Part shown: positions 52,960 through 63,508 of the stretch, piece after piece
How positions within the stretch are numbered: position 1 is the stretch's first letter
Layout: the number at the start of each line of letters is the position of its first letter
Position numbers and translations under genes: made by a program
Notes under the pieces: model-generated
The model's input: only the letters and a program-made list of their open reading frames with translations
What the model was told of the DNA's origin: nothing
The model's database searches: none
DNA from: Opitutales bacterium
GTDB lineage: Bacteria > Verrucomicrobiota > Verrucomicrobiia > Opitutales > PNEW01
Length of the DNA stretch: 64,000 nucleotides
Direction: 5' to 3'
NCBI GenBank assembly: GCA_965197745.1
Contig: CBDANS010000006.1
Location: 512,001 to 576,000 of the forward strand

Positions 52960-54309
52960 TGATGTGACCCCCAAAAACCGTATCATTTACAGAGAGAGAT
53001 TATCGGAATAAACAGATAACCTCAATGAAAAGAAAAAGATAACCAACAGAACAGATCATATCAATACTGCAGCAAGCCGATACCGGCAAAACGGTAGAGG
53101 AACTCTGCCGTGGTAACAACCTAAGCGAACAAACCTTCTATCGCTGGGGTAAAAAGTATGGCAACTTGGAGCTGGCCGATGCGAAGCAATTTAAAGAGCT
53201 GGAAAAAGAAAACACCGAACTGAAGAAGCTGTTGCTGATCAAATGATCAAGAACCAAGTCTTGGAGGAAACGTTCTCATAAAAAGGGTAAGCCCAAAGCA
53301 GAAGAAGCGAGCAGTAAAAGATGCGGCTGAGAGAGGGCTGTGCTCGTTTTAGAGGGCATGTTCCTATCTCAGCCTCAGTTGGTCAACGTTCAGCTATCGG
53401 CCCAAGCAGACTAGCAAGAAAGCCCAATGATTGGCCGAGCGGATTGTAACTTTGTCCTGGGAACATCCGCGCTACGGTTATCGGCGCATCCGTGCCTTAC
53501 TGGTAAAGGAGGGCTGGACAACAAGCAGGAAGTTTGTCCAGGCAGTACGAGGTGCAGAGGGCTTACAGGTAAAGCGAACGAAAAAGCGCAGCCCCCGTCA
53601 AGGGGTCTCAACAGGGCTCCCCACTAAAGCAAAAGAACGCAATCACGTTTGGTCCTGGGACTTTGTCCATGATCGCACAGACAATGGCGGTCCATTAAAG
53701 ATGATGACCTTAATCTATGAATACACACGTATATGTTTAAGCCACCGGGTAGATAGACAGCTCACCTCAACCGATGTCCTCTCTGTGCTTAGCGAGGCCA
53801 TCGAAGAGGAGGGAGCTCCTAGCTATATGCGTAGTGACAACGGCAGTGTTCCTAGGAGCGAAGCGACGACATGCCAAGCCATTCATTGCTCATCAAGTGC
53901 AGCAGTGGTTGTCAGACAAAAACATCAAGGCGATCTATATCGATCCAGCCAGTCACTGGCTACCGAGCGAAGCGACACCTCAACGAGCCATAGCGAGAAT
54001 AACAAACGGTTTCATCGAGTCGTTTCACAACCGCTTACGCGATGAGTGTTTGAACCGTGAAGTGTTGCTCAGCGTAGCTGAAGCGCAAGTGGTAATCGAA
54101 CAATGGCGTCATAATTACAATAATGAACATCCCCACAGTCGTTTAGGCTTCAAAAGCCCACAAGAGTTTGTCAGATTCCTTTCCGATCTTGGCCGCGTTC
54201 GGGCTACGCCCTCACTTCGCCAAGATCTCTGCTATACACCAATCCTAAAACCATTAACACCCGGTAACTCTCTCACTTAAAAATTGGTACGAATAACGGG
54301 GTCCGATCA
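52960..54309 (+). mobile_element. IS3 lineage A, copy 3 (degenerate; two micro-insertions)
   Basis: TGATGTGACCCCCAAAAA...ACGGGGTCCGATCA; stops in orfA and orfB. Confidence 0.92.
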
Positions 54310-54680
54310 CAGCCCCTGGATTGAGACAAAGCGATAATGCAGAAGATTGTCTAATTTTCACAAATCCAGACTGGAGGCAGCGTTACGAAATGCTTCCAGT
54401 TTTCCACTATAATAGCGGCGAAACCATGTTGGTAATACAAGGTTTTCCAAACGGAGACAAATTAACAAAATTTATTAAGTTGTATCTAGTTTCTTATGTG
54501 TTGGGCATGATTGCAAGGTACCTTCCATCCAAGTGGCTTTCCTTGCTACGAAATGAGAAGGGTGATTTTGCACAGCCACTTCTAGTTGGTGCGACGGAAG
54601 AACTTGAAATGAACTTTGCCAAAGAATTTTCAAACCAGTTACACAGTGTTCTACGGAAAATCCCTAATGATGTGAAATAA
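54310..54680 (+). pseudogene. C-terminal fragment of a YaaC-like protein truncated by IS3
   Basis: YLVSYVLGMIARYLPSKWLSLL motif. Confidence 0.55.
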
Positions 54681-55114
54681 AAGGGATAATAGTTCATTTA
54701 GATCAGTGAGATATTAAAGACATAAAAGAGGTTTTGTATTGTGGATAGCTATGATCAACCAATGAACCCGTTGTTGAGTTCAGGCGAACCTGCATCAATA
54801 GACTAAATGCATGAAACTGTGGACGTATAGACAGAAGCATGTTCATGACAACGAGTAGTTTCACCTAAGCTGCTATTGAGAAGAAGCCAATCGAGATAGT
54901 TTAGCTACAATTGACCTTGTGGATGATGACCAACTGACGTATAAGCTCAAAGAATTAGTTTTTGGTGTGAAAACAGAACTTGTGGAAAAGGTGACTGTAG
55001 ACCCTGATTGGTTCCTAGCACTGTGACTTAGGATGACATAGTTTGGGAATTATATATTCGACGATCTCAAAAGTAAGGTAACATAAACAGAAATCAAATT
55101 AGAACATATCGTGG

Positions 55115-55500
55115 TTTAAACAAGAAAAGTGTATTTTGCAGGGGAATTATTCAGCCTCAAAGATTTTATAGACAACGCAGTATTAGCCGCTGTGATCAAT
55201 GAGGGATCAGAAGGGCGTTGTAGCTGCGTTTTACCCAGACCTTGGAGCAGCGTGATACGACGGCCATAAGTATTCGCGATCAGGATATCAAAACGCTTAT
55301 GCATGACACACTGTGAAACGTTCCTTACGAGAAAAGAACACAAGACCTGGCCTTTCGAATCATGTGTACTAGCTACGACTTGATCTGAAAAACACTGCTG
55401 GATCAAATCGCAACTCGGTTTGACAACAACATTGAAAATTTTCTTTTCAACTTTCGTTCAACCAAAAATTTGCTGCCGGAAGTTGAGAAGAAAATTTTCA
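55115..55500 (+). pseudogene. Nucleoside 2-deoxyribosyltransferase-like pseudogene
   Basis: KVYFAGELFSLKDFIDNAVLA...CVLP, frameshift, LEQRDTTAISIRDQDIKTL. Confidence 0.6.
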
Positions 55501-55559
55501 TACAAGCGGCTCTTGTAGCTGACACTGTCCGTAATATCATATACCGATTTGTACAAATC

Positions 55560-55997
55560 ATGCCTATGAGATTTAACCCGTCCTGGCGTTATTGGAAGAC
55601 ACCCGTGCTCTTTGGTGCGGGCTTATGCATACTGCAAACCTTGGTGGCCATCGTGCGATTCGGCGGCAGGGAGAGTTGGAATCCGATCATCCTGTTGGAG
55701 ATACCGTTCATTCTGTTAGGGCTCATCATGTTCTTCCTGTGCGGCCTGTTGATTGGGTTGCTGGTGCAACGGCTATTGAAGGGCTCTAGTGGAGCTTGGC
55801 GCAGTACCTTGATGGTCGCTGTTGCACTAGCAACTCCACTTGCAGTTTGGTTCAGTTTAGTTGGAGGGTTGCTCGGCCCGCCTGGCATACTGTTCGGAGC
55901 GCTGATTCCCTATCTCCTCCTGGTCGGGATTCTGGTGTTGATCCATACCTGCTGCTTGCGTTTGGCAAGATCACGCGTTGCTAAAAAGCGGTCTTGA
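55560..55997 (+). CDS. Small multi-pass membrane protein, unknown function
   Basis: About four hydrophobic helices; ORF open from 55470. Confidence 0.6.
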   Translation: MPMRFNPSWRYWKTPVLFGAGLCILQTLVAIVRFGGRESWNPIILLEIPFILLGLIMFFLCGLLIGLLVQRLLKGSSGAWRSTLMVAVALATPLAVWFSLVGGLLGPPGILFGALIPYLLLVGILVLIHTCCLRLARSRVAKKRS

Positions 55998-57270
55998 GTT
56001 GCTAGGCTAGAGTCGCCCTTATTCAAATCCGATTATCACACTGCTGAAAAATACGTTTTGATGGTTTCCCATTTCTAAAAATCTTTTTTTGAGTTTGCGC
56101 TTAATCTGTTTGGAGAAATAAGCCAAATCGCCTATTCGCCCCTGATAGCTGCACTCATTGATGCCTGGGCATCCCTGGGCTGAGACTTTAGGGTAGACAC
56201 TGAACTGTTGATGGAGAAAAGAGGGAACACCTCGAATTTGATCCTGCTACCCTGCAAGCCGCTTGGATGGTTTCTGGACAAACTGTCGATTGGCAACTGC
56301 ATTTTACAGTTCCTCATGACAGAATTTTATTTCGAGGGGTAGCTGTTTCGGCGCTATTTTCAGAACCTTCCTGGATCTGAGAGATGGTCAAGGAGGGGTG
56401 GTTTTTTTTGCGCCAGATTGCTGCCGCCAATATTGTCATTTTTTATGTCTGTCGTATCTCTTTGTACAACGGTGAACTGTAGACACACTTAAAAAAGGAG
56501 AGGGAGGATCGACACGATCCTCTCTTATCGATCAGCCCATCAATTAAGGGGTTGTTTTAGGTTGTCTACAATGAAGGCCAACCTGTGGACACATAAAAAA
56601 AGAGCGCCTGGTAGTTTGAAGGTTGCCTGAGCAGACCGTTATTGGCGACAGTGTGCACGGACCAAAAGAGGACGGACCTAAGAGAGACCTTGGAGGGCGA
56701 CCCGCACAATCATTATTATGTCCAGTTGATTTGTAAATTATTGATATTCAACATATTAATTTTATACATAAAATTCCTAACGGTCTTATAACGCCGCTAA
56801 TTAAGGAGTAAGCCCCAGTATAACACTCTGATTAAGCCGGGTTGATATACTCGTTGCATACTCACCACGACCCGTGATTTAGGGTTGTCACCTTCTTAGG
56901 ACGAGAGCATGTCTTGAGCAGTCTCCTTGCCCCGCCATCGCTTTAACCGTGCCCTTAGAAGTAGATCATGTTTCAAGGGGGCGGGGGGGTGCGCGATCAG
57001 AAGATATACCGCCAGTCATACTATCGATTTACTCACCGGAAAATATATTTACAAAGGACAAGGTTTGGCAGCAAAAATAATTTTAAAAGAACCACGCTTA
57101 AATTGGCTCTAAAATGTACGATCACTCTTCGTTAGGAACCCAATTTACTGTCTTAAGATGCAAACACCCTTTCTCGAGGCTCTCAGAGCCCTTCACGGGC
57201 AAATCAAATCATTGGTGGTGCTTCAAAAAATTCACCCCGCAAAGAGTAAACCAGCCAGCACTATGACAGG

Positions 57271-58587
57271 TGGTCGTGACCACGAAAACTGGTCCACTTG
57301 AAAAGTTAGTCTGGTCCAACTAGAAAGGACACAGACAATGAAAGGCAAAAGATACACGACCGAAGAGAAAATACGGATGCTGCGCCAGGCGGACAAAGGG
57401 AAAACGATCCTGGAAGCATGCCGCGAGAACAACATAAGCGAACAGACCTTCCACCGCTGGAAACGTGAGTTTGGGATGATTGATGTCAACCAGGCCAAGC
57501 GGATGAAGGAGCTCGAGAAGGAGAACGCGCGGTTAAAACGGATGCTGGCGGACAAGATGCTGGGGATAGAGATCCTGCAGGAGACCCTCGAAAAAAAACT
57601 GTAAGCCCTGGGCACAAGCGGCAAGTGGCAGAGAGACTTGTGACTCGGGGCCAGTGTTCGATGCGAGCGGGGTGCCGGTACTTTCGGCTGCACCGTTCCA
57701 CCTATGCGTATAGGGCCAAGCATCCGGATGCCTGGCTAACGAAACTAAAAGCGGCAGTAAGGCGGTTATCACGGCAATACGCGAGGTGGGGCTATCCCAA
57801 GATCACGAAGCTGTTGAAGGACGAAGGCTGGCAGGTGGGTAAACGTCTCGTGCAAGGTCTGCGACGTGAACTGGGTCTGGCGATCCCCCCACGCAAGCCA
57901 AGACGCCGGCGCAGGGGTGTCTGCACCGGGCTACCGACAAAGGCCGAACATCCCGACCATGTTTGGACCTGGGATTTTATCCACGATAAGACGGTTCGCG
58001 GCGGCAGTCTAAAAATGCTGACCGTGCTCGATGAGTACACCCGCGAGTGCCGGGTGATCCATGTTGATCGCCATATCAATGCGGAAACGGTGCGCGGTAT
58101 CATGCAAAAACTGCTCGACCGGCATGGGCCGCCAAAATATATTCGTAGCGACAACGGTTCCGTTCCGAGGAGCGAAGCGACGACATGCAAAGCCATTCAT
58201 TGAAAGCCAATTGAGAGCCTGGCTAACTGCGATGAAAATCAAAACCCTCTATATCGAACCAGCAAGCCCTTGGCAGAACGGATACATTGAATCGTTCCAT
58301 GCCCGTTTTCGCGAGGAGTGTTTAAACCGTGAACAGTTATGGACTTTGACCGAAGCCCGCGTGGTCATCGAAGATTGGCGCTGGCTTTACAATCATGTCC
58401 GACCCCACCGCAGCCTCGGCAACATCACTCCACGGCACTTCACTGAAAACCTCAATACCGAAGGCTCGGGCTCCATTCGGGCTACGCCCTCATTGCGCCC
58501 AAGCCTTGACTTCCTCTACCAACTTAACTTCAACATTAACCTCTCCAGACTAACTCTCCCTGTGGACCAGTTTGTGTAACCCGACCA
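57271..58587 (+). mobile_element. IS3 lineage B, full length (orfA 57338-57604; orfB broken only by a 32-nt insertion)
   Basis: TGGTCGTGACCACGAAAACTGGTCCAC / GTGGACCAGTTTGTGTAACCCGACCA; A8 slippery run; DDE motifs. Confidence 0.94.
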
Positions 58588-58760
58588 CCCCATAGGGGAA
58601 AAACATGGTATCGCTGTGTTAGATTATGAAAATAATGTAGGACCCCATTTCGGGGGTTATGATTATGCGAGAGCCATTTATTTTGTGAAAAAAGATGAAA
58701 TTTGGTACCCTGTTAAATTTGAGTTTTCGCGCATTCGGAAGGGACAAGTGCAATAGAACT

Positions 58761-59219
58761 TTAAGCAATTTTTTTCGATATTTTAATCTCTTCGGGACAG
58801 CTTGGGTTGTCCGTTTTGTTTCTCTGGTAAACCTTGAACCCATGCTTCATGTAGAATGAACGCGTTATTTCATAAGGTGGGTATTCGACACTTTCCCCGA
58901 GCGTAGATGTAGCGAGTTCATTCAATCCCATGGAAGAGGCCGTCTCTTCGGCTTGCTCGATAAGTCGACTTCCAATGCCTTGTCGTTGGCAGTCCTTATT
59001 AACTCCAAGCCAACCGATATTGAGCCGACCCTCGGAAACGAAGAGGGTAATAAATCCGACGACCCGCCCGTTCAATTCCGCCAGGATTCCGCGCTGATGC
59101 TTGAGATCAACAGGGATGGAATGGTTGCGCGCGTGGTCAGTGAACCACTCGGGAAGACTATCAACCAGGGTTAGAATGGCGGCATGATCTTCAGGTTCTA
59201 TGGATCGAAAGGTGACCAT
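58761..59219 (-). CDS. GNAT acetyltransferase
   Basis: WLGVNKDCQRQGIGSRL, TRSFYMKHGF. Confidence 0.92.
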   Translation of the reverse strand: MVTFRSIEPEDHAAILTLVDSLPEWFTDHARNHSIPVDLKHQRGILAELNGRVVGFITLFVSEGRLNIGWLGVNKDCQRQGIGSRLIEQAEETASSMGLNELATSTLGESVEYPPYEITRSFYMKHGFKVYQRNKTDNPSCPEEIKISKKIA

Positions 59220-59243
59220 CTCATTTTGCAGGCGTCAGTCTAA

Positions 59244-60092
59244 TTATTTTGAATCTTCACCATGCAGCCAGCGAAGTCCACCGGGCCAGCCTTGACTGCT
59301 CATCTCCAGGATGGGATAGCAATAGTCATTGATCCCGCTCAAGGTGTAGTCATATGCCTTACTCTGCCAGGCAAAGTAATTTGCTATGTCCGCGCCTGTA
59401 AATTGATCTACCCAAGTACAATGAGCTGACGGAGATTGGTGCCTCTCAATCAAGGAGGGCTGATTCATGAGATCCCACGTTGACGCCGGTGTTCCATCAG
59501 AATGCCTGTAGACAACCGCTGTTGAGGAGTCCACGGCACCCCACTTACGCTGCCGATAGGCCTCGATAATTACATGCCCACTGTATGCCTGTTTGGTATT
59601 ATACAGGTTTACGATTCGGCTCGGAACACCCGCAACCTGACAAAGAGAACAGGCGACCCTCGCAATATCGGTACACCATTCCGAACCTCGACTGATGATG
59701 GCTTCTTCAGTGCCACCAAATTGCATGGAATCAAGCGTCTCACCAGTGACTTTTTCCTCTAAATTTGCCGTGAACTTAACGATTGCTTCAATGCGCGCTT
59801 CAAGAGTTGGACAGCTCAACGTCACTTGTTCAGCGATATCTTCTATTTCCGCTCGAGACCCCTTTTTATAACTGACCTCGATAGGTGTGTATCCGGAATA
59901 AAGATACGTTGCCGTGTCAGAACACAAACGAATCATTTGCTCAGTCAATACCCTGTCAACCGAACTGGGCGCGTGGGTATCATTGTCCAACATCTTCTGA
60001 TAAGCTGGACCAAATTGTGCTCTCCCCATGAATCTGGAATAATTCATCCCTATACTCAATCTGGTTGATATAATTGAAAAGCCATAGCCCAT
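59244..60092 (-). CDS. Transglutaminase-like domain protein
   Basis: WCTDIAR (Cys), GHVIIEAY (His), WGAVD (Asp) triad. Confidence 0.8.
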   Translation of the reverse strand: MGYGFSIISTRLSIGMNYSRFMGRAQFGPAYQKMLDNDTHAPSSVDRVLTEQMIRLCSDTATYLYSGYTPIEVSYKKGSRAEIEDIAEQVTLSCPTLEARIEAIVKFTANLEEKVTGETLDSMQFGGTEEAIISRGSEWCTDIARVACSLCQVAGVPSRIVNLYNTKQAYSGHVIIEAYRQRKWGAVDSSTAVVYRHSDGTPASTWDLMNQPSLIERHQSPSAHCTWVDQFTGADIANYFAWQSKAYDYTLSGINDYCYPILEMSSQGWPGGLRWLHGEDSK

Positions 60093-60105
60093 ATCTTAAA
60101 ACCCG

Positions 60106-60906
60106 TTACTTTGTAATACATTTTAAATTCAGAAATTCATGAATTTTATTGTAACTGGCATCCCAATCTTCATGGGGGTTCACTAATTTAAGTTTCGGAA
60201 ATTCCAGGTAGGCATGCATCATCTCCGTTAATTTAATAAATTCATCCCAGAATATTATCATCCCTTCCCAATCGCGGTAACCGCGCGAGACAAACCATGA
60301 ACAATCACGATCTCTTTTAACCAGAAAATCAGCCCATTTTTCTCCTCGTATTTCGGGCAATCGACTTATATCTCCTTTTACGTCTGTAGTGTAAAGATTT
60401 ATAAGCACGGGTTGTATGGGATTGATAATCGAAGCGATGCGCTTGTTTACATCTATCACCTCCTCAACTGAAAATTCTGAGTATACCATGGGTAAACTGA
60501 TAGCATTCCAAAAACGACTGTCCATGATCGTAACGGTTTGATCATTAATGGAATTTTTAACAAAGCTCTCCCAATCATGAAGCATCTGGTTGATGGCAAT
60601 ATCCTGCCAGTACCGATTCAGGAAACCATTTTTGTTATAACCCGGATTTTTTTTGTAAAAAATTTCCCATTCAGCAGGATATTTTTGACGAAAGTCGTCA
60701 GAAGTATAAGTGAATGAAAAACGGATGGGATGGTCCCTGGCTTCCTCGGTAAAGATCTGACTGGGAATTCCGTGAAGCTTGTACTGTTGATATAAATAAT
60801 CCTGAAGGGTCGATTTTCCAGCACCAGGAATACCTTCGATCAATATAAGTTTTGTCTCAACCATGTTCTGAATTATTGAAACAGGGTTTGAGCTAATAGA
60901 GCGCAT
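60106..60906 (-). CDS. P-loop kinase-like protein (thymidylate kinase-like fold)
   Basis: KLILIEGIPGAGKST Walker A. Confidence 0.75.
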   Translation of the reverse strand: MRSISSNPVSIIQNMVETKLILIEGIPGAGKSTLQDYLYQQYKLHGIPSQIFTEEARDHPIRFSFTYTSDDFRQKYPAEWEIFYKKNPGYNKNGFLNRYWQDIAINQMLHDWESFVKNSINDQTVTIMDSRFWNAISLPMVYSEFSVEEVIDVNKRIASIINPIQPVLINLYTTDVKGDISRLPEIRGEKWADFLVKRDRDCSWFVSRGYRDWEGMIIFWDEFIKLTEMMHAYLEFPKLKLVNPHEDWDASYNKIHEFLNLKCITK

Positions 60907-60915
60907 GCTGTCTTA

Positions 60916-61683
60916 TTAAATCTTAACATATTTAATTAATTTAAATGCTCTTTCAGTCTTGTACCCTAATTTTCGCCCTAATGCGACCGAGGCTGTATTT
61001 TCTTTTTCAGCGTTCCAGCGAGTCTTAAATCCTTTTTCTGCACATTTGGTAATTAGATAGGCAACGGTAGTGTAGGCATAGCCTGACTTTTTGTAATTTT
61101 CATGAGTAATACCCCCAATCTCAACGTGACCTGCTCCCCAGAATGCCGCATAGGTTTCTACAATTATTTCGGTCTCTTTCATAAGACAATATCCAAGACC
61201 ATTTTTTAAAAAATTATCAATCGTCCCGCAGTTATGAATAATATGTCTACGCCAGAGACATGACTCAATAAGCTCATTATCAATCCTGCGCATACTACAA
61301 CCTGGGGGAAGATCTCTTGCTACCAGTTTCAAGTGTTCAAGCTCATCAGGGAGATCAAGAAATTCCAGGAATTCAGTATCCCCGGTTGCATTTGAGGGGG
61401 GTTCTAATTTACCAAAACCCTGAGAGGGCCAGTATAAATTTATATCAGAGCTCTCTCTAAGAAAAGAAACACTCTCATTGAGATCCTCTTGATCAAAATA
61501 ACCCCCTATACATACACCCCCCGGCAACAGGGCCAATGCCTGAGTTGGGTTCTCCGCATTATCCACAAAAACTTTACCGGGATTTTTTCCCTCAAGAACG
61601 GAAAAGAGCATCGGGTTATTCGGAATGGTATTTTCGAAGAGTGTTTTGGTTATAGAAAAATGTTCAGGTGATAGATCGATCAT
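60916..61683 (-). CDS. GNAT family acetyltransferase
   Basis: FLKNGLGYC, EIGGITHENYKKSGYA, NTASVALGRKLGY. Confidence 0.85.
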   Translation of the reverse strand: MIDLSPEHFSITKTLFENTIPNNPMLFSVLEGKNPGKVFVDNAENPTQALALLPGGVCIGGYFDQEDLNESVSFLRESSDINLYWPSQGFGKLEPPSNATGDTEFLEFLDLPDELEHLKLVARDLPPGCSMRRIDNELIESCLWRRHIIHNCGTIDNFLKNGLGYCLMKETEIIVETYAAFWGAGHVEIGGITHENYKKSGYAYTTVAYLITKCAEKGFKTRWNAEKENTASVALGRKLGYKTERAFKLIKYVKI

Positions 61684-61716
61684 GTTAATAGTGTTTATGA
61701 CAGATGCCGCCCACTC

Positions 61717-62127
61717 CTATACATACCATTGAACCTCTTTCCCCCATTCTTTTTTACCACTGCGAATACGAGATTCCAGATTCGAGGCATGAATTTCCAA
61801 TTTGTGACCGTTGGGATCCAGGAAATAAAAGGAGTCTCCCTCAGTGCTGTTTTCCTGCCATGTACCGATCCCGGCTTGTGTGAACCTCTCCTTTATCAAG
61901 GGAAATTCTGATTCAGAAACCGTGAAAGCAATATGAGTGTACTCCGGTAACGGCTTATTCCTTGCAGCTTTGTCCCTGGCAAGGGCGACCCATAAATCAC
62001 CTGCCAAAAGGTAGGCACTCTTTCTGCTTTTCTGTACCGGTTTAAACCCTAACACCTCTGAATAGAAAGCAAACGACTCGTCAATGTCGCTTACCGCCAG
62101 TGTAATATGATTCAATCCTGTTATCAT
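61717..62127 (-). CDS. VOC family FosA-like (fosfomycin thiol transferase-like) metalloenzyme
   Basis: GLNHITLAVSD, AYLLAGDLW, YTHIAF, EGDSFYFLDPNGHKLEIH...LESR. Confidence 0.85.
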   Translation of the reverse strand: MITGLNHITLAVSDIDESFAFYSEVLGFKPVQKSRKSAYLLAGDLWVALARDKAARNKPLPEYTHIAFTVSESEFPLIKERFTQAGIGTWQENSTEGDSFYFLDPNGHKLEIHASNLESRIRSGKKEWGKEVQWYV

Positions 62128-62170
62128 AGAAATTTATTAAATTAGATTAACGCTAAGGTTTCGCCGTTAT

Positions 62171-62603
62171 TTATTCAGCTTTGTTACGCAGCCATTCATC
62201 GATGGCCCACTCGTGGCATTTGTGATAAAATGAATCATTAATTGTTTCTAAACGTTTCCATAGAAAATGGTGGTCTTTCGTGTCTTGAGGCATTTCGTCA
62301 AATTGACACAGGTAGAAACTGGCTTCCATGTCATAATAGCGATCGTCTGATTCTGCGTAGAAATACTGCCGTGCTTTTGGCAGTGAACTGACAATTCTGA
62401 CTGCTGACGAACATTCTTCATCTACCTTCCCGGTGCAGAGCTTCGCGTTCATCTTCCCCTTCTTTTACACCGCCACCTATGAGGAAAAGCCCCCTCCGTC
62501 CTTCAATGCATGCCACCTGCTTATCCCTGATAATGACCGCATAAACGGCCCGTCGTTTTTCATAGGGACAATTGTCTTTTTTGATTCCAAAAGTTTTCAT
62601 CAT
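62171..62603 (-). pseudogene. NUDIX hydrolase, +1 frameshift inside the Nudix box
   Basis: GGGVKEGEDEREALHRE continues as VDEEC in another frame (extra G near 62426). Confidence 0.8.
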
Positions 62604-62629
62604 GCAGAACGCCACCCTTCATGGTTAAG

Positions 62630-63367
62630 TTAGACGATCTCTTCTGCAGACACTTCATTAAAAGTGTCAGCTACAGATTCGACAACGGTTTTCCACAATC
62701 GCTCCCCCAGTTCCGCCGTGGCGTAGATCGGTGTTCCAATTACGCCGTTAGAAGACAGGTCAGCGAAGTTCAGATTCGGGTTACTCCAATCGACGGGCTT
62801 GCAGTCTGAATCCGTTATTTTGGCTTCTCGTACATGGTCAGGTCTGAGATGGAGGGCGATAGCCGTGGTAAAACTGTCAGCATGTCCGCCATGATCTCTC
62901 GTGTCTCCCAGTTTGACCCAGATAGCGTGATAGGGGTGAGCGGGTATAACGGCCCTGGCTTTTCCACGGTAAGATGCATTGAAAGCTTCTATGACCCCAT
63001 CGAGTTGGTGACCACCACAACCACGCCATAGCACGATACGGCTGAATCCCTGGTCAGCCAGGGATTTAAGAATGGCAGTGACCAGGCCCTGATGGATTTC
63101 ATAGGGCACATCAATATAACCACTTCTAAAATCACGATGTTCCGGCGTTGGTCCGAACGGCATGACGGGAAGTACCAGCACATCCAGCCCGTATTTCTTT
63201 TTCACACGCTCAGCAGCGGTCAGGCACAAGGTTTCGGCAAACCATGTGTCAAAGTCCACGGTCAAGTGAGGACCCTGTTGCTCGGTACAGCCGGTGGGAA
63301 CCACGGCGATGGCTCCATTCTCCGCGTACTGCCTGGTTTCCTCATACGTTAGATCACCCATTTTCAT
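62630..63367 (-). CDS. Creatininase / creatinine amidohydrolase family protein
   Basis: VPTGCTEQQGPHL..DFD, GGHADSFT, NGVIG.P..ATAELGE. Confidence 0.88.
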   Translation of the reverse strand: MKMGDLTYEETRQYAENGAIAVVPTGCTEQQGPHLTVDFDTWFAETLCLTAAERVKKKYGLDVLVLPVMPFGPTPEHRDFRSGYIDVPYEIHQGLVTAILKSLADQGFSRIVLWRGCGGHQLDGVIEAFNASYRGKARAVIPAHPYHAIWVKLGDTRDHGGHADSFTTAIALHLRPDHVREAKITDSDCKPVDWSNPNLNFADLSSNGVIGTPIYATAELGERLWKTVVESVADTFNEVSAEEIV

Positions 63368-63508
63368 GATTTTATACCTCGACGGTTCGCTCAATAGCTT
63401 ATCCGCACAACACAATTTGCAGGATCTCACCGTAGCGGAATACTCGCAAGTATTATATCCATTGGATTTAGCGTGTGACTGTTACGAATCGCTACAACCT
63501 GAATGCGA

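Noticed and set aside
56000..56460. Possible decayed integrase N-terminus
   Set aside because: Multiple stops in all frames and no motif I can identify by eye.
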